A stretch of 20,000 bases of DNA. Origin: Raillietiella orientalis. Taxonomy: Eukaryota. Positions 11,568-20,000 of this stretch are shown here, in pieces. Under the pieces are notes generated by a model. The model saw only the letters and a program-made list of their open reading frames with translations. It made no database searches and had not been told where the DNA came from. Position 1 is the stretch's first letter. Each line of letters opens with the position of its first letter. The stretch spans positions 2,278,949-2,298,948 of the forward strand of contig JAYWIR010000035.1 of assembly GCA_036172245.1 (NCBI GenBank). Direction: 5' to 3'. The translations under genes and the position numbers were made by a program.

Positions 11568-14500
11568 TGCCGGGAATCTCCTCCCGCCGTCGTCTGCGCA
11601 TCGCCGTTTGGAACGTGAACGGCATGACAGACGCCGGCAGGAGACGAGACATATCCGCCCTTCTGGAGTCCTACGACCTTGCGCTGCTGCAGGAGATCCA
11701 CGTGATCTCTGCAGAACAAGCGCAAGAGATCGAACGGATCTGCAGAAAGCAGCTCTGGTACAGGTGTGGGAGAGCAAAAAGTTGCGGTGTCGCCTACCTG
11801 CTTCGGCCAGCCGTCGAGGCCGCGGCTCGGGGCGTGCGGTTCGACGATCACGGTCGTGTCGGCCAGCTGACTCTCAGGTGGTCCGATTCGATCGATCTGA
11901 TCGTCACGAACGTGTACGCACCGAGCGGCAAGGACCCGATCACCAGGAGGGCGAGGAAAGAGTTTTTCCTTGCCCTCCGGCGAGACTGGCTGACCAAAGC
12001 AGGCGTGCAGTATGCCCATCTGGTTGCAGGCAATTTCAACGTTCGCCTGAAACCAGATGGGCAGAATCCTGAGCGTGACCTGGTCAACGAGGTGTGCATG
12101 GCGGTGCACACCTGTAATTTGTTGGCCAGTGCACCGGGGATGGAAGACAGCATTGACCACGTGTTTCTTGACGAGAACCTGTGACCTCGCGTGGGCAGGC
12201 CCGGCAAGTTACCGTGCGAGCTGTCCGACCATCGCCCTCTAGTCCTCGAGATCCATCCGCGCGACAGGGGCTCCCCCTCGTCAGCGTGGCGACTCCCAGG
12301 GGACTGGCTGAAGCTCCCGGACACGGCGGAACATCTCCGCACGTTCACACGGAGCTTTAGGCTGCGGACACTCCAGGATTGGGACCGCTTCTAGCGGTCG
12401 GTCCAGGAGTTCTGCGACCAGTTCCCTCTGCACCGCCTACCTACGGGTTTTTAGACCGGGGTCCGTAACGAACGAGCCTACCTGCAGGCCTGTCGTTACG
12501 CCACGACCCCCGACATCCGCAAGCTGGCGGAATACAAAGCGGGAGCCCAGAGGCAAGCCTGGCAGTCCGGATCGGCGAGCTTCCTGGACGATCAGGGCCA
12601 GGAGCACTCTGCACCTGCCCAAATCCGCGGCCTGCTGCGGAGTTACTACTCCTTCCTGTATGCCTTGGCACCTCCAAAGAGGAACGTCTCACGACTCCTG
12701 CTTCCGGAAGGCGCTCCAGCGATCGGGGAGGAGCAGAGAAAGACCCTCGACGAGCCTTTCACGATGGACGAGATCCTCTCGGCCATCGGAAAGCTCAAGA
12801 GGCGAAAGGCTCCAGAGGAGGACGGTTTGCACGCGGAGCTTTATCAAACTCTCGCGGCTGAGCTTACCCCCCTGGTACAGCAACTCAGCTTGCTGATACG
12901 CAAAACAGGTGACGTTCCCGCCTCGTTTCGTTCGGCAAAGGTGCGGCTCCTCCGGAAGGGAGGAGACCTAAGGAGCATGAACAACTGGTGTCCCATCACA
13001 ATATTGAATGCGGACGCCAAGTTGATGGCTAAGGTTTGGGCAGAGCGTCTGGGACGGGTTGCCAACATCTTCATCATCCCGGAACAGACATATGCTGTTC
13101 CCGGGCGAAGCATGGAGGCGAACCTGTTCAACGCTCCCACCTGGCTAGAGCTCCAACATGAAAGGAGATTGGTGCGCAGCCGGAATTCCGGTGCGTACGC
13201 CGGCAAGGAGTTGAATGGTCGGTTGGGGGAGGGAGCCCTTGCGGTCGCAATCGACTTGCCAAAAGCATTCGATTGCGTCGACCAGAATCTCTTTCTGGAA
13301 CTTCTGGAACGCTTGGGCTTCCCGGCCTCATTAGTAACCTATCTGCGCTCCTGCTGGCGCGATGCGATCATCAATGTTACTTTCAGCGGGCAGACCGTGC
13401 ACGGCGTGCCGGTGCGGCGTGGGATCCGGCAGGGAGACAGCCTGATCCCCTTGCTCTTCAGTACCTACTTTGAGTTGGAGCTAAAAGCGTACAGGGGAAC
13501 TCTGGCGCACCTGCCGCACGACTGTGCCGGTACGCCGGCCGTTTCAGCATACGCGGACGACCTTCTGCTGCTGCTCCCTATGTCCACCCCGGCTGCGGCG
13601 GTCGAGGAGTTCTTCGACCTGCTGCATCGGGGAACCGGACTTACGGTGAACAGGGCGAAGCCGTCCGTGATGCCAGTTGGTGCGGCGTGGGCAGGGCAGC
13701 AGGACTGAGTCCGTTTGGGGATCCCCACGGTGAGGTACTTCAAGTACCTTGGTGTGCCGTTGGGGGACTACTCCCCTGCGGAAGCGTGGTCCGGCTGCAT
13801 CCAAAAAGTAGAGACGGCTATCGGCCCGTTCCGAGGCGGCAGGTTTTTCCTGCCTGAACGGGCCGCGGTTTGGAACACGTTCGCGGCTCCTCTCCTCCGC
13901 TCCCTGCTTTTTGTTTGCCGCCACAGAGAGGATCAAAAAGCGGACGAAGGACCTCCTCCGTATCGCCCTTTGGGGCAACGGGAGGGCCCGAGTTCGCTTT
14001 AAGGACTTGTGCGCTCCTCGTCGGGATGGTGGTCTGGGCCTCCTGACGCGGGAGCGGCTGGAGCTTCAGATCCAGTTCCGCTTTTCGGCACTCTTTCCAG
14101 AGTTGTGGTGCACCTGTTGGTGCGTCCCTACACGTCTCCTACTCCAGCAAGCCACCGGCAAGTCGGGACTGACGTCGTTTCTTGCACTACGTCGCCGCGT
14201 CAGCCGATGCGGAATGCAGCTACGGAGGGTGGCTGCGCTTTATCGGAAAAACCCAGGATTGCTCACCTGTCGCCCGTTTGACGGTAGTGCCTGGTTGCTG
14301 GAAACCGTTCAAAGGTGGGGACAGTTCGGCATGCAACGCTCCCAACAGGAACGAAGGTTCCTGTCTGGGGGTTACAGAAGTTGCACGCTCCGCGAGATCC
14401 TGGAGGATCCAAAGAAGAGAGCGTGGGCAGGAAGAACCCCCCTCGCTGCTGCGCTGCCCTCCCTGATGGAAGATCTGGACAGCGATGTTGCGGCGAAGTG

Positions 14501-15146
14501 GGTGGTTACAGAAACAATCTCCGGAAAGGAGAAGAAGATAGGAGAGTGGAAGACGGGCCAGTTAACAGACGCTGCGACCCCGAGTACGCCTCCCAATGGA
14601 CTTCTGCGCTGGGGCGCGCTGCTCGATGTTCCCATTGAACATCTGAAGTGGCCCCCGGTGCTCATGAACACTTCCGCCCTCCCCTTAAAATGGCAGGAGT
14701 CGGCTATCCTGTTGCAGCACTGGGGACTCCCCTGCAACGCCCGCCGACACCACTGGACCTGGGGAGCGGTGGACCCAAATTGCGTTAGGTGTGGGGAACG
14801 GGAGTCCCTCCCCCAACTGCTAGTGGATTGTTTTGCCCTTCGGCCCCTTTGGTTTCGCTTTGCCGCGGCCATCGGAATCCCCTGCGGCAACCCCAGGGAC
14901 GCACTGAAAGCCCTCTTCGTTGCCGACGCCCTTCGGCCAGCTGCCTCGTTAGCAGCTTGGTGCTGCCTACGCGGGATCGTCACCGCTTCGAGCAAGGCTA
15001 CGGGAGGACAACGCGACCAGAGTGCCATCCAGCACGCCTCCCAGTTCCTGAGGAGGGCGTCCCGATGGCCCCACCTGGATCCAGGAATACAGAAAAAGCT
15101 TGCCGGCATCCTGCAAAGGATGCAACGGCCCCACCAGCAACTGTGA
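11567..15146 (+). pseudogene. E6 ORF2p: APE endonuclease, reverse transcriptase and C-terminal zinc-binding region
   Basis: WNVNG, LQEIH, NVYAP, GNFN (catalytic D>N), IDH, SDH; DLPKAFD, GIRQGD, YADD, KYLGV; CVRC..Q..C. In-frame stops occur at 12182, 12392, 12452 and 13706, with a frameshift near 13920. Confidence 0.93.
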
Positions 15147-15322
15147 TCCCCTCCCTTACCCTCCCAACTTTTCTTTTCTTTTTTGTTTTGTTTTTTGTTT
15201 TCCCCCCTTCCCCCTGCCGCCGTGGTGGACCGTACCCGTCTTCGAACCGGTGACCCGGCAGGCTCTGTGTTTCTTCGTGCGTGGCTGGAGCAATGGTCCA
15301 GCCACCGCACGTCTTTGTAAAA

Positions 15323-15362
15323 GTTTATTTTACAATAAACACCCCGGCGAAATCCGGGTGAA
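15323..15362 (+). other. Conserved LINE 3'-terminal element (AATAAA-containing hairpin followed by a GC hairpin)
   Basis: GTTTATT-ttac-AATAAAC a c CCCGG-cgaaat-CCGGG tgaa. Homologous motifs lie at 881-921, 5411-5445, 7693-7730 and 16616-16658. Confidence 0.8.
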
Positions 15363-15378
15363 AGTCGGACGCCTTGTG
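15363..15378 (+). repeat. Right copy of the E6 target-site duplication
   Basis: agtcggacgccttgtg; the minus strand reads AVDLHKA, which continues into HKAFDCVDQ at 9797. Confidence 0.9.
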
Positions 15379-16615
15379 GAGATCAACTGCAAGAGCTAGG
15401 GCCCGCTTCCCCGCCCGGGGGTCCCTTTTCAGCCCGGCTGTTGGCCTTAATGTGGGGTTGCCGACATTCCCTATCCCTTTCTTGTCTTTTCTCTGCAGGT
15501 GCACCCTTGTGCTTGCGAAGAAGAGGTTGGCATCCATACTTCGCCAGGGAACAGCACAAGTCTGCTCCGGGCTAATTTCGGATTCTGCCACCTGCCCCAG
15601 ACGTGAAGCCCATAGCCCTGCTATTAACTTAGCGTCCGTATTCACGATCGTCATCGGACGCCAGTTCTTTCAATCCCTGAGGTCTCCCCCTTTCGGAAGG
15701 AGCCTCACTCTGGCTGACCGAAACGAGGCGGGAACATCGCCTTCGTCTCGGATCAGCCTTGTCAGCTGAAGCAACAGGGGTGCCAGCTCTTCCGCGAAGC
15801 TCTGAAAGAAGTCCGAGGGCAAGCAGTCTTCCCCTGGAGCTTTTTGCCTCTTAAGCCTTTTGATACCGGCGAGAAATTCGCCTGTGGTAAAAGGCTCGTC
15901 GAGGCTTTCCAACTACTCCTCCCCTATTGCCAAGGCGCCATCCGGAAGCAAGCGCCGAGAGGCGTCTCAATCGGGGGGCTCCCTGGCGTAAACGGAGGAA
16001 TAAAAACTCCGCACAAGATGCCGTACCGACGCCGGGGACGAACATTCCGGCCCTGGTCGTCCAGCAAGCTGGCCGACCCGGATTGCCAGGCTTGGCGTTC
16101 GGCCCCGGCGCGGTACTCGGCCAGGCGACGGACATTAGGGGTTCTCTCGTACCTACGAGCCTGTAAATAGGCCCGATGGTTGCGAGCACCCTCGCCGAAT
16201 CCGGGGGGCAGTGGATCCAGGGGGAACTGCTCACAGAACTCGCGGACCGATTCCTTAAAAAGGTCCCAGTCCTGGAGTTTCCGGAGCGTGACACCTCTCA
16301 GGAATTCGCGAAGGTGTTCCTTCGCACCTCAGAGTCGCATCCAGTCCCCCGGCAAACGCCAATTCCTGGATGGCGGTCCCTTGTCGCGAGGCCGCATCTC
16401 GAAAATTAACAGGGAATGGTCCGACAACGTCGACGCAACCCTTCCCCGTTGGCCGACCCGTGAACACAGGTCAGCGTCGAGGAAGACGTAGTCGATGCAG
16501 CGAACCATTCCCCTCTCACCCGCGAACTAGTTGCGCGCACGCATGGCGGCGCACAACTCGATCATCGCGTTCTCTTGTGTTTCTGGCTCACCTTTTAGCA
16601 GACGGAGATTGAAAT
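15363..16615 (-). pseudogene. E5 5' half: APE C-terminus, linker and RT N-terminus
   Basis: FNLRL...IDYVF...LSDH, KAPGEDCLPSDFF, PEQTCAVP and ALALAVDLHKA, with stops and frameshifts. Confidence 0.9.
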
Positions 16616-19502
16616 TTATCACGCAGTCACGCCGGGGCGTTTATTAATAATAATAAACTGGTCAGGGACAATGTCCTTAACCAACAGAACGACAGAGAAC
16701 ATAGAAAAATTACCGGCACGCAGGCCTGGTAAACAAACCGCTCGCAGCGTGGAGGGAATGAGGGGACACAAACAAAAATGTAAAACAGGAGGGAAGGGTA
16801 ACGGGTTCTTGGTTAGGCTCCGTACTCACGGGGATTTAAACGATGAGCACCTAAAAGGTTCCGGAGCCTATGGGGACGCGTGTGCAAAAAGAAAATACAA
16901 AATTAGTTTCTAGAGGGTAGGGCAATGATCACCGGGTTGGCCGCTGCTGAGGGTGTGTAAACCGGCGGTGTATTGCGGCGAGATTCCTTTTTGTCTCCTC
17001 TGTCAAATGAGGCCATCTAGCGGATGCTCCCATGTAGAAGGATGCTTTGCTGATTACCTGTTGGTGCTGTCCGTTGATTACCAACGCCTGGCGCACGGAA
17101 ACTATCGCGCGTATGCAACCAATAGTTGCAATCCTTGCGCTTAGTGACAGCCCGCTCGGCGTGAAGAACCGTCGCAGCAAGTCTCTTGCGGTGTCCACGG
17201 GATGCAATAGTGCTGTTGCCAGCCTACGCCACAGTCCTTGTAGGACACCGCAGTCCAGAAGTAGGTGCGGAATCGACTCCGTCGATCCGCACCGAACGCA
17301 GTTCGCAGACGCAAGTCCCCCGGAGTCACGATGCCAACGCTCGTTGCACTGAAAACCCCAGTGAACGAAAAGCAGCACGGCTTGTTTCCAAGCAAGGGGA
17401 AGCAGCGAACTGTCAATGCACTGTGGAGGGACTACAAGTTCTTCGGGGGTGACCGCAAGTTCTTCTGCCCACCGGAGGAGTCCCTTTGTAGTAGGACGAA
17501 AAGTGGGGGCCTCCGCCTACTCACTCGTCTTCTAGGCGACAAGGTGTTCCGTTTTTCCCCCTATCGTGCAGGAAACCTGCCACCTCGCCGGTTGGTAACT
17601 GGCGTTTCTTGCTTTGAGGGCAGACAGCGCTGCGGCAAGAGGCGTGGCAGCCAGGGTAGAAAACTTTACCTCGTCCTGCAGTACTTCTTCCAACGATCGT
17701 GGAAAACATCGGCGCAGGGGGCGAAGATCTTCAAAGCGTATTCCTTGAAACGCCGCCCAGGATTCAACCGACTCCTGCCTCCAAGATTCAAAGTTCATTG
17801 GGCGGCAGGAGATCCACGAGTGAGCTTCCAGAAGTGCGGTCAACTGCCGCAATGGAAACCCGAAACCCCGCTTCCTGTATTGAGTGCACGGCAAAAGCGA
17901 GAGAAATCCTCCGCTGCCGGCGCATCTCCGCAGGAGAATGCGGGCTGGCACACACAGGGGGGATGTGCATAGCTGGGCACACAGTGCCAACAGTCGGAAC
18001 TGCACCTGCAGTCCGATTCGCTCCATTGTCAAGATACCCAAACCAGCATCCCGACGCGGAGCTAACAAATCTTTAAGGCGGATCCTGGATCTCGCCGGAC
18101 CCCAGAGAGCGTTCCTGAGCAGGCGTTTAGCCCGCTGTATTGCCGCATAGGGGAAGTCCAAAACAAAAAACAGGGGACGGAGGAGGGGGCCACAAAGGTG
18201 TTACAAATAGTCGCCCGTTCCTGCAAGGTAAACTTGCCGTTAAAGAACGGGCTGATGGCCAACTGTGCTTTCTGAAGACAGTCCGCCCACGCTTCGGCTG
18301 CGCCGAAAGCGCCCAACGGAACGCCAAGGTACTTAAAGTACCCGCCCGTGGGGAAACCCAGGCGCATCCAGTCGGACTGCCCCTCCCACGACGTACTCAC
18401 AGAAACGACCACGCTCTTCTCTCCGTTCACGCTCACGCCCGCTCCCCGACGTATCAGGTCGAAGAAATCCTCGACACTGGACGCCGGGGTGGACATGGGG
18501 AGCAGAAGAAGCAGGTCATCAGCGTAGGCGGCCACTGCAGGCGTTCCCGGGCAGGAGATTGGCAAGTGAGACAGCGTCAGCCTGTATGCTCTTAGCACCA
18601 ACTCAAAGAAGATGCTGAAAAGCAACGAGCTTAAGCTGTCGCCATGTCGGATGTCCCTACGAACGGGGATACCATACACGCGGCAGCCGCTCAAAGTAAT
18701 GCAGGTTAGCGCGTGGCGCCAGCACGCGCGCAAATACAGCAGGAGTTGCGCCGGGAACCCAAGGCGTTCCATAAGCTCCAAAAGCAGCTTCTGGTTTACG
18801 CAGTCGAACGCCTTGTGGGGATCGACCGCGACCTCCAAGGCACCTGGAGTTCGATCCTGCCGTCGGCGCCTGTTCTTCTTGCCTGCGGCAGTGACTTTCG
18901 AAGCAGCCTGGCTTTGCTGCGCCACAACTTCCTGCAGCTGCATCCATGTACGCGCGAAAAGGATGTTCGCCTCCATGGATCGTCCCGGAACCGCGTAGGT
19001 TTGTTCCGGGCTCACCACAGATTCCGCGATACTTCCTAACCGCTCGACCCACAGATTGGAAAACAACTTGACGTCCGAGTTCAAAAAGGAGATCGGACGC
19101 CAGTTGTTAAGTTGACGCAAGTCTCCGCCTTTCGGCAGGAGACGCACCTTCGCTGAGCGGAAGGAATCCGGGACAATCCCGGATTCACTCATCAGCGTCG
19201 CGAGTTTCAGCATCAAGGGAATGAGCTACATCGCAAAGCACTGATAAAACTCTGCAGGGAGCCCATCCTCGCCTGGCGCCTTTCGTCTCTTCAGCGCAGC
19301 GATTGCGGACGGAAATTCATCCGCCGTGAAGGGCTCGTTGAGACGTTCGCGTTCCTCCTCGCCGACAACACAAGCATCCTGAGACAGGAGTATCTCAAAA
19401 GGAATATCCTCCGTCGGGGATTCCACGTACAGCGAGGAGAAGTAGCGTCTCACAATGCGGCGTACTTCGGCTGGGACGCCTCACGTACTCTCTCCGCCGC
19501 CT
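16616..19502 (-). mobile_element. E7: LINE with RT, C-terminal domain and 3'UTR, starting in the ORF2 linker
   Basis: KAPGEDG, NWRPISFLNSDVK, DPHKAFD, AYADD, FKYLGV and CVRCGSTESIPHLLLDC; stop at 16929; 3' motif at 16616-16658. Confidence 0.92.
16929..19502 (-). pseudogene. E7 ORF2 remnant
   Basis: ORFs 19226..19453, 18062..19216, 17532..18161 and 16929..17378 are consecutive ORF2 segments broken by stops or frameshifts. Confidence 0.9.
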
Positions 19503-20000
19503 GAAGGCCTGCGGCGAGATTGGCTGGCCGAAGCAGACATGCGAAAGGCGCACCTCATTGCCGGGGACTTTAACGTCCGCCTGCTGGCAGGTGCGCCCGA
19601 CATTCGCGCACAGCTGGTCAACGAGATGTGCGCTGCCATGCACGCGCGCAACTTGTTGGCCGGTGACGCCGGGACGGAGACGAGGATCGACCACATGTTC
19701 TTCGACAACCACCTGTGTTCGCGGGTGGGAAATCGAGAAGCAGTGCCATCCGAACTTTCCCACCATCCCCGGCTGGCGCTAGAAATACACCCGCGCGGTA
19801 GAGGTCCACCCTCCACAGCGTGGCGTTTGCCAGGGGACTGGTTGCGCCTCGAAGGAGCAGCGCAACATCTTCGCTCGTTCCTTCAAGGCTTCCATCTGCA
19901 GTCGCTCGCGGACTGGGACGACTTGAAGAGCTCACTCCGCGAGTTCTGCGACCAGTTTCCCCTGAACCGTCTCCCTCCAGGTTTCGGCGAAGGGCGGGGG
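19503..20000 (+). pseudogene. E8: APE C-terminal half and linker fragment, running off the right edge
   Basis: Open frame EGLRRDWLAEADMRKAHLIAGDFNVRL...RIDHMFF...LSHHP...AWRLPGDWL...FCDQFPLNRLPPGFGEG. Confidence 0.9.

Larger units (their letters stand above)
9798..15362 (+). mobile_element. E6: near full-length (about 5.57 kb) L1/Tx1-like LINE, inactivated, inserted antisense into the E5 RT
   Basis: 5'UTR, ORF1, ORF2 (APE, RT, Zn motif), 3'UTR and terminal motif are all present, flanked by a 16-bp TSD. Confidence 0.95.

Noticed and set aside
12665..13708. Prokaryotic RT system (group II intron, retron, DGR, CRISPR-RT)
   Set aside because: The APE domain, CCHC ORF1, TSD and 5' truncations identify a eukaryotic non-LTR retrotransposon. 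I see no CRISPR repeats, TR/VR pair or operon.
14372..15310. Long antisense ORFs (312 aa here; also 8076..8579, 2330..2956, 5863..6558 and 17265..17972)
   Set aside because: These are shadow frames of GC-rich ORF2 with no recognisable domains. Their mutual similarity follows from sense-strand homology.
881..16616. Sequence-specific target site, as in many Tx1 families
   Set aside because: Bases following the five 3' ends (AGAGAGAC, TCGCCGAA, CGACGAAT, AGTCGGAC, ATTTCAAT) share no clear consensus and fall at different positions in the element.

Overview
This is eukaryotic, GC-rich DNA made almost entirely of one diverged family of non-LTR retrotransposons of the L1/Tx1 type. Each has ORF1 (RRM-like region plus two CCHC knuckles) and ORF2 (APE endonuclease, reverse transcriptase, C-terminal CX2CX7HX4C). 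I see no host gene or unique spacer DNA. Eight abutting pieces can be resolved: E1 (1-880, -), E2 (881-2805, -), E3 (2806-4290 plus 5446-7692, -), E4 (4291-5445, +), E5 (7693-9797 plus 15363-16615, -), E6 (9798-15362, +), E7 (16616-19502, -) and E8 (19503-20000, +). E6 is near full-length with a 16-bp TSD. The minus-strand copies form a head-to-tail chain into which the plus-strand copies are inserted. Most copies carry stops or frameshifts. Family-wide oddities are a conserved double-hairpin 3' terminus with almost no poly(A), an endonuclease that seems to lack the specificity beta-hairpin, a TAATG ORF1/ORF2 overlap, and a variable insert in the RT. The layout recalls self-nesting LINE clusters (Zepp/ZeppL) or telomeric retrotransposon arrays, but the host and chromosomal context cannot be determined from this window. 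Junction coordinates are accurate to a few bases.
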